This document shows, in pieces, positions 26,801 through 40,118 of a stretch of 64,000 bases of DNA; positions within the stretch are counted from its first letter, which is position 1; each line of letters opens with the position of its first letter. The notes beneath the pieces were generated by a model that saw only the letters and a list, made by a program, of their open reading frames with translations, was not told where the DNA came from and did not search any database. The translations under genes were made by a program, and so were the position numbers. This DNA is from Eledone cirrhosa (Eukaryota), in NCBI GenBank assembly GCA_964016885.1, contig OZ024742.1, positions 343,604,001-343,668,000 of the forward strand. Reading direction: 5' to 3'.

Positions 26801-27240
26801 TAATTAACTCTACACTAAGTCTACATTAACTTTTCACCCTATAATAACAACTCCATAAACAATATAAACAAGGGTTTTTTCCAAAATTTATCAAGCGTCT
26901 AAATTTAACGGCTCTTTTCTGTTTTAACGTATCCTCATTAACATATATCCCTGGGATTTGAATTCTTCAATCACTACCTTCATTGGGCTTATACCATTAA
27001 GATGACACGATGGTATGTCACTATCTTAACACCAAATATTATATTTTATCTGACGAAAGCGTACTAAAATGTTAGTACCCTTGAAATTCGTATAATAAAA
27101 TAAATATGGTTTTGTAAAGATATTTTCCATTTATTAATATTGTTAATAGTAATGATACTCTAGATAAATACTGTAGAGTGCTTCTAATCTATTGTAAAAT
27201 TAACTTTGTTGAATAATCAACAAACCATATAACTCATTGT
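23805..27240 (+). mobile_element. Penelope-like element, 5'-truncated with an inverted 5' segment, internal SINE and 3' pLTR
   Basis: RT ORF 23942-24667 (GLYRDDA, NFLDVTL) and GIY-YIG ORF 25023-25808 (LVYKC...YNYIGAT); pLTR with hammerhead at 27042-27102. Confidence 0.9.
27042..27102 (+). ncRNA. Minimal type I hammerhead ribozyme in Penelope 3' pLTR
   Basis: tattttat-CTGACGA-aagcgtactaa-aatg-ttagtaccctt-GAAA-ttcgta-TA-ataaaata. Confidence 0.82.
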
Positions 27241-28148
27241 TTTATTACATATATACATAGATACATTCATACATACACGCATACATACATGTAATACATA
27301 CATACATGCATGCAATACATACATAGTATACATAGTATAATACATACATATATACATTAAAAAGGTCACTCCGTCGGTTACGAAGATGAGTGTTCCGGTT
27401 GATCTGATTAACAGAACAGCCTGCTCATGAAATTAACGGATACGTGGCTGAGCATTCCACAAACCCGCATACCCTTAACGTAGTTCTCTAGGAGATTCGG
27501 CGTGACACAGAATATAACAAAGCTGGTACTTTGAATTACAGGTACAACTTATTTATGCCAGCTGAGTGGACTGGAGCAACATGAAATAAAGTGTCTTGCT
27601 CAAGAACACAGCGCGCAGCCGAGAATCGAACTACATACATACATGATGATGATGGTTGCAACTCGATTTCGAGTAATGCCATCGCTTGATACTTAAGCAC
27701 GAGCATCACATACATGGCTTTTTAGTCCTGGTAAGGACTTGCCTATGGCCAGCAATACCATGCATCGCATAAGAATGTCACATATCAAGCGATGTGTGTG
27801 TTTGAAGCTTTTTTAAGTGAGGAAAGGCTTTGCTCGGGGCAAATCCCATTCTCTGAACATCGAATGCATTTGCCCCAAAAAGAAGAACTGGTCTACATCA
27901 TTGGATGCAAATGAAGTCTCAGGTTTTATATAAGAGTGACCTTCTGCTAGAGAGACGTCTTAATGAAGACTAGGAGTCTCTTGCTCCACAAAAACAAATC
28001 TTTATTGGATGGCCCTTGCCTCTCTTGAGTCATGATACGGAAGGAATACACAAGGAGACTGAGACTGGTAACAAAAAAGTGAGGTAAACTGCAACAATTT
28101 CAAAGCCATTAACACTCTAGCAGTACCAGTAGTAACATACATACATAT

Positions 28149-28760
28149 ATGGTGGCTGCCAACTCGTTTTCGAGTACGGCCACTACTTTATATCCATGTA
28201 GAAGAACCCCTACCGATACGCTGAACGAGTGTGACTTTTTAGTCCAGCCAGCGACTTGAAAACTCTGGTACAAACACTACACTTGTGACAATTAGTGACA
28301 TATAATGCTGGGTCCATAGTACCATGTGACGACAAGTGCAGAGAGATCTCCAGATATAAAGCAATGCCTGTGCCGTGAAGCTTTTATAGTGAGCAAAGGC
28401 ACTGCACAAAGCCAGTCCCACTCTCTTAACCAAGATGATATTTACCAAAAAGAAGAACAAGTCAACATCATTGGATACCATCAGGGTTGCAGGTGTTATA
28501 TCAGAATTTTCCTTCTCCTAGAATTCTGCATTGACACAGGCTAAGGGGTCATCTCTCCCGGTGATTTTGGATGGCCATTGACTCTTAAGAACTCCTTTGC
28601 CCTTTGAAAGGTTTTGTTTTTAGTCCTGCAGGATGTCCAAAGTCACCCTCCTCACCAAGAAACCTTGGTGGGGTTGCCAGTTTAGTCGCCAACGACCCGA
28701 CCATATGACAGGTTGTACTGGGATACATGTTACCAGTAGCACCAACTGGTGACCTGTCCA
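28149..28760 (-). mobile_element. About 600-bp non-coding retroposon, probably RTE-derived, with (ATGT)n tail
   Basis: Closely similar inverted copy at 50590-51198; related copies at 46558-47176 and 47189-47716; partial copies at 39195-39360, 42493-42630, 42790-42915 and 10288-10330. Shared 3' hairpin ggccrtactcga..acgag..ggcagccayc. Confidence 0.7.
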
Positions 28761-28869
28761 TACATACATACATACATACATACATACATACATACATACA
28801 TACATACATACATACATACATACATACATACATACATACATACATACACACATAGATACACACATACAC

Positions 28870-29555
28870 GTATAAGAGGAGGGCCATCAGCTGACAATAA
28901 ATGTAGGCTATGTAAAACAAAGATCGAAGATGTAAGCCACATTGTTGCCAGCTGCGAAAGAATGTCATCTCGCTACTACCTCCCCATGAGACACGATGGG
29001 ATAGCTAGAACCATCTGGAACGCACTTCGGAAAACAAAATTAACAACAAACGAGGAAGAATATATTGAGACAGATGGCACTAAGGAATACTGGTGGAACC
29101 TGAAAATAAAAACTGCCACCAAATTAAAGCACAACCGGCCTGATATTGTTGTTTGGGACCATACATTGAAAACGTGTTCTGTTGTGGAGATCAGCTGCCC
29201 ACTTGATGTAAGCGTTGTCAGAAAAATACAGGAGAAGGAGGACATCTACGGACCATTGATGAGGAGTTTACAAATCCAGTATCCAAGATACACCTTTAGC
29301 TTCATACCCATCATTATTGGAGCTACGGGTTATATACCAACCCGCTTGGACCAAAGTATGACTGAACTTGGATTTGCGGACAAAAAGCGCAGCTCCCTAA
29401 TTCATAGTCTACAAATGGCTGCGATAGCTGGCACCTTCAACATTTGCAAAACATTCTTGCGATTCAAGGGATGACAATTTCTTTTCTTTTACAACCTTGC
29501 CACCAGGAAGGTGACGGTCAAAAAAATATACTCGAAATTAAGAGAAAGAGATAAT
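28870..29555 (+). mobile_element. R4/Dong-like RLE LINE 3' fragment
   Basis: CRLC...HIVASC, RHD, RPDIVVWD, EISCP, K..Y restriction-like endonuclease motifs; flanked by (TACA)n. Confidence 0.88.
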
Positions 29556-29675
29556 ATACATACATTTACGTATGTATATAACTATGCATTTGCTAGTGGT
29601 GAAGTTGCCCATAAAGTCTAGAAAACATTAGACTGTAAAAGGAATAATTTTGGAGCGAACCAATTGAGTACTTAC

Positions 29676-30071
29676 CAACAATACAAATGAATGCACAAGA
29701 TGAAGCGTAACGTGGGATTAGTAAACAATATCAATACATGGCCCTTTTCCGATTTTGTTGAAGTTTTGCTTTCAAATTTGCTTTCTTCAGGATCATGTTC
29801 AGAATGTTTTGATGTATTACTGTATAAAAATGAACTTGTTTCATTGTCTTGTTGAAGAATAGATTGTTGTGGTTTAGAATTGAAGTGCATATCTTCAGCT
29901 GGAATTTCCTGTTTTGGAAGAATATCAAGCTCATTGGATGCAGTAACTACGTGGGTATTCCAGATGTTGTTAAAATCCAACTTATTCATCTTTGCTGCCT
30001 TTCGAATTGTTGATTTCGCTCTCTTGGTATAACCCTTAGCGAAAAGCCACCGTAAGGATTCTTGCAGGAAA
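29676..30071 (-). CDS. SLC22-like transporter internal exon (ESLRW motif, large cytoplasmic loop, start of TM7)
   Basis: tttcag|T TTC CTG CAA GAA TCC TTA CGG TGG gives (C)FLQESLRWLFAKG...LFTNPTLRFILCIHLYC(W)|gtaagt; 396 nt, phase 2/2. Confidence 0.9.
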
Positions 30072-30279
30072 CTGAAATATTATAAAATAATAGTGATTTA
30101 TAATTTTGGCACAAAGACAACGATATATGTAGAGGGGTAAGTCTATTATATCGACCCAGGGGGGATGACAGCAGAGTTGACCTCGATGAGAATTGAACAC
30201 AGAAAGTAAAAGGCCGGAAAAAGTACCACAGCCTAAATATTCTGCCAATCAATCACGTTTATGTTCATAATAATAATAT

Positions 30280-30339
<60 letters not shown>

Positions 30340-30341
<2 letters not shown>

Positions 30342-31200
30342 GGAGAAAGAGCAGCCTTCATGAAAAATCCCTTCATAGTACCTTCTTTGAGAAAACTGAA
30401 TTCAGAGATCCACAGACATGGAACTGGTTGAAAAGAGGAGACCTTAAAAAGGCTACAGAAGGAATGCTAATGGCTGCGCAAGAGCAGGCCCTCAAAACGA
30501 AGTGGTTGAAACACCATATTTACAAGGAGGAAGCTAGCCAACTGTGCAGGATCTGTGGAGAGAGAGAGAGAGGAGACTGTGGCTCACATTGTATCCGAGT
30601 GTAAATACCTAGCCCAGACTCACTATAAGGGCTGGAGACATGATGTGATGGGCAGGATGATCCACTGGCACCTATGCAAAGTAAATAATTTACCACATTC
30701 TGAGAAGTGGTATGAGCATAAGCCAGAGTCGGTGATAGAAAACGATCAGGGGAAGGTGCTGTGGGATTTTAGGATACAGACGTACAAGAAACTGGAACAC
30801 AATAGACCTGACCTGGTAGTTTTGGACAAGGAAAAAAGATGGTGCCTGATTGTGGATGTGGCCTGTCCATTCGACACGAGAGTACAAGAGAAGGAGAGGG
30901 AGAAAATTAACCGATACCAGGACTTAAAGTGGGAGGTAAAAAGGATTTGGAACTGCCATGAAGTCAAAGTGGTCCCGATTGTCATAGGCGCACTAGGTAC
31001 TATCTCAAAAAGTTTCCAGGTATGGTTAAAGAAAATTGGCCCCGCCACGCTTTTTGGAACGCTTCAAAAGGCATGCTTGCTGGGAACAGCAAGAACCCTC
31101 CGATACGTCCTGAATATCTGAGGCTGCAGGTAGTGGCTTGATATTCATTTCAACAAACTTTCCAGTTAACTAACATCAATGACTGAGACTCAAAGAACAA
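30340..31200 (+). mobile_element. R4/Dong-like RLE LINE 3' fragment inserted in (TAA)n
   Basis: AAQEQAL, CRICG..EETVAHIVSEC, RHD, RPDLVV, DVACP; (TAA)n on both sides, the known Dong target type. Confidence 0.9.
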
Positions 31201-31402
31201 TAATAATAATAATAATAATAACAATAATAATTGTTTCTACTTTTGGCACAAGGCCAGCAATTACTCAGTATATTACTGGTACTTTATTTTTTATCGACCC
31301 CGTAAGGATGAAAGGTAAAGTTAACCTCGGCGGGATTTGAACTCGGACCGTAACTATGCTGCAAAGAATGGTGTCCGACTCTCTACCGATACTGCCAATA
31401 AT

Positions 31403-33450
31403 GGTTTCTTTATTGGCTACAAGGGCTAACATGAAGAAAAACATTACAGACAGCACAGAACGGCACAGGACGATACAAAGTGGGTTTTGGCCGTGTAAAA
31501 AGGTTATAACAAGAAAATAGAAATGTGTAAAATCAAATCATGAAAATTCAAACAACAAAAATTCCCCAAAAGGGGAGAAACCCCTGAGGGTCACTCGTGG
31601 TGAAAACCACCCAAAAGACCACGGCCAAGCGCCCTCTCTCAGTTCTCCCACTCCTCAGTATACAGGCGCATACTCAGATTGGGTCCGTTTACTCGGACCA
31701 GACTCGCCACTTTCACCCACCTTTCAACAAACTTACTAGAAGACAGCACTTACCTCTCCACCCTGATTTTCCTCTTCAAATGAAATTTGAAAAAGTTAAT
31801 CAGGGATTGGCCGAAGAGGAAAGTGTCCGTCTTCAAACCTTTCAACCTTGTCCACCACACAATCTCTTTCGCCATGGCCACCAGGCAGATGAAAACTGCT
31901 TGCCCTTCCTCCTCCATAAAGGAGGATGGCGGGGCTATCTGCACAATGGACTCAGTCGATAATCGGATCCGCCCTACACGTGACAGCAACTGTTCGACAT
32001 AGCTCCACAAGTCAGCAATCCTCGGGCATTAAACGAGTTCGTGCACGATGGTTTCGTCGCCCTGCGCGCATCTCGGAATGTTCGGCTGACGGCACTTCCG
32101 TGCCTGTAGAGCTTATCTTGAACCGGCAACGCTCCCCGGTAGCACTGCCAGGCCAGGGATTTCTGGAAGTTGTCCATAGGCCCCGGGCTGAAAGTTCTCT
32201 TGAAGAGAGCGAACAGCTGATCGTCTTCGACACCCAGGGTCTCCCCGAGAACGTCGCTCTTCCCCTCCACTAGCCCTCTATAGAACGCCGAGGTGGATGT
32301 TGCACCGATACTAGTGCCCAGCTGGTAGAAGTCTGTGAGCGCTTGGAGACATTTCAGCTTCCAAGCGCTATCCCTCGGTCTTTTCCTGATCCAGGACTGC
32401 AGCTCAGTTAATGAGACGAGCTGGGGAAGAAACGGTGACCACACCTGTTCTCCGTCAAGGAAGCACCAGTGATGTCGCAGCCTCAGCGCATGTTTGCGCA
32501 TCATCAGTTACGGCATGCTCAGTCCTCCACGCAACGGGTGCCGACAGCAGACGGATCGTCTGACCACGGGCGCACGTCTTTTCCATAAAAAGCGGAGGGG
32601 ACGCGCTCCATTTTTGTCAGAGTTAGGCCAGGGCAAGGCACAACAGTTAGGCGGTAGCAGATGACGGATGCGATGAACGCATTCACCACCTCTGCCCTAC
32701 CTTTTAGGGACAGTTTCCTCTCAGCCCATTTTTGGGTGAGAGAAGCCACCCTGCTTGTCACCTCGCTCCAGTTTTTCTCCATCTGGAGGTCCGAACCGAA
32801 CCAGACCCCGAGCAATTTAACCAGTCCTTCCGTCCAGCGCCCCACGACGCTGTCGGACGGCATGGACTTGCCTCTCCAGGTGCCGAGTTGCAAGCCCACC
32901 GATTTTTCCTGGTTTATCTTTGCTCCTGTCACCGCTTCGTATTCCTTGAGAACGGTGCCGAGCATTTGGACATGTCCGGTGTTTGATACCACCACGGGAC
33001 GTCATCGGCGCAAGCTGATACGGATCTCCCACATCCCAGTTCGCGTGGGACGCCTCTCATACCTCTAATTTGTGCAGTAACGGCTCGAGGGTCAATACGT
33101 ACAAGAGCGACGAGAGAGGACAATCCTGGCGGACCGAGCACATAATGCTGAACGGCTGTGACATGTAACCGTTCACCCTCACAACTGAGCAGATGTCGTT
33201 GTGCATCGCAGCGATCCAACCCCTGAAAATGGGCCCGCCAGGTACCGATGGTTGACCCTATCAAATGCCTTAGATTGATCGAAGTTGATCAGGGCCCCAC
33301 CAGTGTCAGGTTACTTAACCACCCTCTCTTTGATGTATCGCATGAGGTGGAGGTTGTCGTGGATGGATCTGTCCGGAATGGCGCATGTGTGCGCCTCTCT
33401 CACCAGATCACCGACGACAAGCGCCAATCTCGTTGCTAACACCTTGGCCA
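31403..33450 (-). mobile_element. Tx1-like LINE, 5'-truncated, decayed
   Basis: GLQLGTWRGK, LSLKGRAEV, PMDNFQKSLAWQCYRGALPV; 3' end aataaagaaac followed by cattatt. Confidence 0.9.
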
Positions 33451-36400
33451 TATGTATGTTAGTATGTATGTGTGTGAGTGTGTGTTTATGTTATGTAACC
33501 TAGCGGTTGGACAAAAAGAGGACGATAAAATAATTACCAGACTTAGATCGACTAAATCAATGTGGTGTTCAAGCATGGCAGCAGTCTAATGTCTGGAACC
33601 AGTAGAAGACTAGATGAATAGTAGGCTACTGTACTGCGTCTGTTACTCTTTATAAACCCACGGATTTGAGAAAATATTTGTCTATTATTCATAGTAGGGT
33701 GAATGACTACATAGGCCATAGGTTCTCTTATTATTTTCAGAATTAAGAAACTCCATGTGCTCGGAAACCTTCTCCCTGGGACACAGATTTCGAAAATAAA
33801 ATCCGTTTTTCTCTTGGACGCACCATTTCAGAGCCTTCTGGTAACATACATACATACATACATACACATACCTACCCACCTACCTACCTACATACATATA
33901 TACACACATACCTACCTACCTACTTACCTACTACCTACCTACCAACATACATAAATACATACATACCTGCATACATACATCCACATATATACTTATCTAC
34001 ATACATACGTAGTCCGTCAACGCGACTAGTCGCATATTTTGGTGTGGGAGACTATTCATTAAATTTAAGATGAATACTATCTCCGACAGTAATGCCACAA
34101 CTACCAGTCATGTTGAATAACTGGATATTCTTCTAACTATATCCACTGAAGACACCTTTTATTCGAATTCGTAGAGATATCCGACCAAATACATAATTCA
34201 TTTTACAAGGATTTGCTACAAACAGCATGGCTGAACACAACATCAAGGAAGTACCGAAGAAAAACAACGAGAAAGGTAAACAAAATTTATTCAGTTGTAG
34301 CTACAGAAGAAACCGAAATTATAAATCGCATTTCTCTTGGAGTTGCGAACTTAATGATGATTTATTTAATTGTTATAAAATGGCAAAAAAACAATCCCTC
34401 CATTGGCTATATGAACAGAATGAAGCTACACTGGGACGAAATACACCCAGAGCTAAATCACTTCACAGCGAAACAATTACGCCAACAAACGACGTTTGTT
34501 GAACGTAAAAATAAGATAAATAGTATTAATTGTAAGTCCCCCACAACAAACATGGAATCAACAACACATGCCTCAGGTCGCCATGCTACTAGAGTTCCTA
34601 GCAGCCAGGTCGAACAGCGCCTTGAAACAACTATGCCTATAAGAAATTTGACACCACCTGTACCATCTAAGTCTACCTCGAATGCTGGGGAAAACACTAT
34701 CGATAATGATAATAATCGAAGAAATTTGACACCACGTGTACCATCCAAGTCTACCTCGACTATTGTGGAAAATACTATCGATAATGATAATAATTGTCTC
34801 TACTTTTGGCACAAGGCCAGCAATTACTGGTACTTGATTTTATCGACCCCGTAAGGATGAAAGGCAAAATTGTCCTCGGCGGGATTTGAACTCAGATCGT
34901 AAAGGGACGTAACTATGCTGGAAAGCATGTCTGACCCTCTATAGCAATAATGCCAATTATAAGGATAATAATCAAGAGTATAAACAATTGAAAATTTCCC
35001 TGAACGAAATCTTCAAGAGAGAAATTAATTCATGTATAAACATTTCTCTTGCTGAACGTATTAAAACGACAATATTTAATAAAAAAAACAAATAATGAAA
35101 TATTACGTGTTATTGGCGAAATAAGCGATGAATATTTACGACGGATAAAATCCCCAACATTTTGGCAAATCAACGCCTGTTTATATGCCTTAGCAACGAC
35201 AGTGAAGCATTATCTTGGTGATAGCAGAGATATTAACAAGAGTAGAACACCACCAAAAATACCATCATATATAACCGCCATAGAAAAAAAGATTTCTGAC
35301 CTACGAAAAACCATAGGATATGTGACAATGCTCCTTACATGCAAACAAACACAAAAAAACCTCACTCCTCACCAACAAAGAGTGAAAAATGAAATAAAGA
35401 CGATGTTTGGTAACAATAGAACTAGAACTCTTCAATATAAGCTGATCACCCTCAAACAAGAATTGAGAGCTGTTAGCGAAAAACGCCGATACCTGAAGAA
35501 GGTGGATGAAAGAAAGGTGCTTAATAAAAGATTCAGACGAAACCAAACATCAGTATATAGAGATATGGAGGGCAAAATAATAAGTGTCACTGAGGCCCCA
35601 TCCCAGAAAGACATAGATTCCTTTTGGAGAAAAATATGGGGTGCAAAGAAGAATTTCAACCAAGATGCAGTGTGGCAAAAAGAAATCCGAAAGAACTATT
35701 GCTCCTACACTACAACAAAAACATACGAAATAAGTGAGGGTACCCTTGAGACTGTGATAGGAAAAGTCCAAGATTAGAAAACACCAGGAAGAGATATGAT
35801 TGCGGCTACTGGTACAACAAACTGATATTCTATCGGAGGTATTTTACTAATCTCTACCAGTTTACTAACCTCTACAAGTTCTTAAGGGAGACACACTTAT
35901 ACCAGAATGGTTGACATCAGCACAAACATTACTGGTACCCAAGAACAAAGACACCCACTTGGCAAAAGAAAACTACCGACCCATTGCATGCCAGAACCTG
36001 ATGTATAAGATGTATAGAGCCTGCCTGAACCTATTCTTCCAAGATCACTGTGAAAATAATAACATCATCACAGATGAACAAGCAGCTGGAAAGAAAGGGG
36101 TTTGGGGATGTGCTGAACAACTTCTAATCAACAAAACTGCGATGTCGGTGGTACGACAACTTAGGAGGAATATGATTACAGTCTGGCTGGACTACAGGAA
36201 AGTTTTCGATTCTGTTCCCCACTCTTGGATGATAGAGGCCCTCCGACTTGCTAAAGTCCCAGACATTATTATCAGAGCCATAAAGAAGATGTCTTCTTCT
36301 TGGGCTACTACGCTAAGGTTAAAGACAGAGAAGGAGGACTCTATTTTCACTGATAAAATAAAAAAATCGCAGGGGTATATTTCAGGGAGACAGTCTCTCT

Positions 36401-37172
36401 GTGATATTATTCATCTTGTCATTAAACCCCTTGTCCTTTCTGCTCAAGAAATGTGAAGGATACATCATTGGCTCACAGGAGGACAGATATACGAACCTAA
36501 CCCATAATTTCTTTGTGCCTGATCTGAAACTCTATGCCAAGACCATGGATGGGATGAAGAAAAATCTTGACCTGGTTACAACGTTCTCAAAGTATATAGG
36601 AATGGAGTTTGGCCAAGATAAATGCTCATATATTACTGGAACGCGGGGGAAAACTACAACCCAATCTAGCAACACTGTCATCAATGGCCTAACTGTTTCA
36701 CCGATATCTGATGAGGACTGCTACAGATAACTGGAGATAGATGAGAATATATCCTATAATGGTATCTGTAATAAGGAACGCGTAACCAGGGAATACTACA
36801 CCCGATTAAGAAAGATTTGGTCATCGGAACTCTCTGCGCAAAACAAAACAGTGGCTCACAGTGTGTTTGCTGTGCCTGTCCTAACACCAACGTTTGGAAT
36901 ATTCAATTGGACGATAGACGAGATCCGAACAGTTGATGTTAGAACTCGAAAAATACTAAACAATACCGGAAACTTCCAGATCAACAGTGACATAGACCGC
37001 CTTTACTTGAAACGTAAGCAGGGAGGCAGTGGCCTAACATCAGACCAGACAACATTTGAATGTCGCATCATATCTCTCCGACAACATCTACGAACCCCGA
37101 AGCGTAGGAGTTCGCTTCTCGAGCAAGTCTATCTGCATGAAACAGATAAGATCATGAGAGTTGGGAAGGAAC

Positions 37173-37376
37173 GGGTCTGCGATAACAGGTCTGTGATGCC
37201 CTTAGATGTCCGGGGCCGCACGCGCGCTACACTGGAGGTATCAGCGGGCGCCACTCCCCCGGCCCGAGAGGGTCGGGAAACCTCTGAACCACCTCCCGTG
37301 ATAGGGATCGGGGCCTGGAACCAACCCCGTGAACGAGGAATTCCCGGTAAGCGCGGGTCATCAGCCCGCGTCGATC

Positions 37377-37419
<43 letters not shown>

Positions 37420-37620
37420 CGAACGGTCCGGTAAGGTCCTCGGATCTGGCCGACGAGTTCGCAGGCCGTGCGGCGGCGTTTCGAGTCGGCCGTCAGGTCG
37501 GTTCGTTGCCGTCGTCGGTGCGCTCTCTGATGGCCCGGAGAAGACGACCGAACCCGATCGCTTAGAGGAAGTAAAAGTCGTAACAAGGTTACCGTAGGTG
37601 AACCTGCGGAAGGATCATTA
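37173..37620 (+). rRNA. 18S rRNA 3'-terminal fragment (about 450 nt), pseudogenic insert
   Basis: Universal motifs ataacaggtctgtgatgcccttagatg, ccctgccctttgtacacaccgcccgtcgct and gtaaaagtcgtaacaaggtt.ccgtaggtgaacctgcggaaggatcatta. Confidence 0.97.
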
Positions 37621-37975
37621 CCGCGTATCTATCGTTTATCGTTTATCGCCGCCGCCGCCGCCAACGAAAGCCGCCTTTTTTTCGTTGATCTTCGGTGATC
37701 ACGACAACAACGGTCGGGTTCGTCATCTGCCGCCGCCTAGCGGACGGCGTAACCCGTTAAATGGAGCGAGCGCCGTTTGCGAAATCGCCGCCAACATCGC
37801 TTACTTCGCGTCTACCGCCGCCTAACCGCTCCTACCGTTTTTTTTCTCTTTTTCTTTCGAAAGAAGGAAAAATTAAAAGAAATCTTTTGCCGGCGCCAGC
37901 ACGGCGCTCGGCCGATAACATCGCGCATCGTTCGATTTCGTATCCGAAAGAACGTTTTTTTCGACGTGCGCTTCT
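37621..37975 (+). other. Probable ITS1 5' part contiguous with the 18S fragment
   Basis: GC/CpG-rich non-coding sequence directly after ggatcatta; no 5.8S reached. Confidence 0.75.
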
Positions 37976-39915
37976 CATTTGAATGTCGCATCATATCCCC
38001 CCGACAACATCTACGAACCTCGAAGCGTAGGAGCCCGCCTCTGGAGCAAGTCTATCGGCATGAAACAGATAAGATCATGAGAGTTGGGAAGGAACACCTC
38101 GAGAAATATTCCGTGTGATAATCAAAAACTCACACCCAGAAAAGTTGCTCAGCAGCATCGCAGTGAATCCATGGATGAAAAACTGCATGATTATCAGCAA
38201 AACATCATGCATGGATATGTTGCCAGGAAGCTCCAGAGTGAAAGTAATATAGATAAGGAAAGTAGTCTATCTTGGACCAACAACCGCTATATTGGCTCCC
38301 ACTTTGAAGGATATGCTTTTGCAATCCAAGAACAGGAAATTAACACGAAATACCTGATTCACAACAGAGACAGGGATGCAGGCAAAACACCTAGATGTGA
38401 TAAAAAATGCAGACTCTGCAGAATTAACTTGGAAGATGTCACCCATGTCACCAGCAGCTGTCCAAAGATGTCATCGCGGTAATATCTACCTATGAGGCAT
38501 GATGTAGTGGCCAAAACACTGTACAATGCAATCTGTAAAAAAGATAGCCCCGATAATAAACACATTAAAAGCTACAGCAATGTGGAAGACATCGATATAC
38601 ATAATATGAAAGAACACTGGTGGAATGTTCCAGTAAAAACCCCAATAAAATGCAGGCATAACAGACCAGATATTATGATATGGGACAGGGAGAAGAAAGC
38701 ATGCACAGTAGAGGAAATTAGTTGCCCAGCAGATGCCAATATAATATCAAAGATTAGCGAAAAGGAGAATACTTATGCAGAATTGATGAGAAATCTGCAG
38801 ATACTCCACCCTGATTACACCTTCAGATTTATGCCTGTGATTATTGGGGCACTGGGATATGTTAGTAACTGCCTCAATAAAAATCTTGAGAAACTGGGCT
38901 TCACAGGAACAGAAAGAACACAACTAGTTAGGAAATTACAAGTACAATCCATTAATGGAACAGTAAAATATGCAAAGCATTCCAAAAATTTTGCATCTAA
39001 TAACTGCATATACACATGTACAGATACAAAGCATATACACATGCACACATACAACTCAAAACATCCACATCCACACATACAATAACATCAATATCTACAC
39101 ATACATGCATGTAGGCATGCATACATAATCTACCTAGTTGATGTTGTGACAACAACTGGGGGCCTTTCACTCCTAGGTAAATTAAAAAAAGTACCATTTG
39201 GATGGCCGTTGACTCTGCTGAGTTCCTCCGCCCTTTGCCGGGTCTTGTATTTCATCCTGTGTTCAAATATCACCCTCCTCACCAAGCAAGCTTGGTGGGG
39301 TTGCTGGTTTAGTCGCCGACGACTCGACCATTAGACAGGTTGTACTGGGTTACATGTTACATGTTACATACATGCACACTTACATACATACACACATATA
39401 CACTCTAATATATATATATTAGATATTACTGTATTTTCTTTTACCCAAAGCCAGAAACTTCTTAGCACCCTCTCGTACAATACTCGCTTCGTTGGGTCTA
39501 ATTAATTGTTTTTGCTTTAGGCACAAGGCCAGCAATTATCTCAGTGCATTACTGGTACTTTATTTTATCGACCCCATAAGGATGAAAGACAAATTTAACC
39601 TCGGCGGTTAACGTCCATTTACAGATGATGAAATGGCTTAGTCGTTAGGACGTCAATTACCACGCTTTTGTAGTATACATTCTGACGTTCTGAGTTCGAA
39701 TCCCACCAACGTCAAATCTACCTCTTCATTTTTTTTGTACTTGTTTGTATGGATTTTTTTTAAGTTTTTCTTTGTTTCTTTCTTGCGGGAAGAAATCGGC
39801 TACGGTAATCTTGGAAAGGGATGGATGCTTTCAGGTTTAAAATCTCCTAGACGACAACCTAAACAATCCATTAGGATCGTAAATATTTAAAACTACAACA
39901 ACAAAAACAACTTAC

Positions 39916-40118
39916 CATATTTGGATAATGACAACTGTACTGTTACATGCGATAGCTAAAGCTATAGCTCTCCAACCATAAATATAAAATATGTAAGCCT
40001 CTAACACTAGAATCATACAACCAACAACCCAGTTAAATCCGTAAAGCATAGCAACCAATGCACGATGTTCAGTTGAGAATATCTCTATGGCCATATTTTG
40101 GGTTGGAACGGCAACACC
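39916..40118 (-). CDS. SLC22-like transporter internal exon (TM4-TM6): GVAVPTQNMAIEIFSTEHR...GWRAIALAIACNSTVVIIQI
   Basis: ttttcag acceptor and gtaagt donor; E.F....R and WR motifs; phase 0/2. Confidence 0.92.

Larger units (their letters stand above)
34008..39148 (+). mobile_element. R4/Dong-like RLE LINE, near full length, decayed, with SINE and rDNA inserts
   Basis: NYRPIAC, WLDYRKVFDSVPH, HNFFVPDLKLY (degenerate YxDD), RLYLKRKQGG, CRLC, RHD, RPDIMIWD, EISCP; starts after (TACA/TACC)n. Confidence 0.92.

Noticed and set aside
36851-37597. 248-aa LINE-18S fusion ORF
   Set aside because: The upstream LINE ORF is broken by stops and frameshifts, and read-through into GC-rich rRNA sequence is expected by chance.
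37173-37975. Functional rDNA unit
   Set aside because: Only the last ~450 nt of 18S and part of ITS1 are present, with no 5.8S, 28S or promoter.
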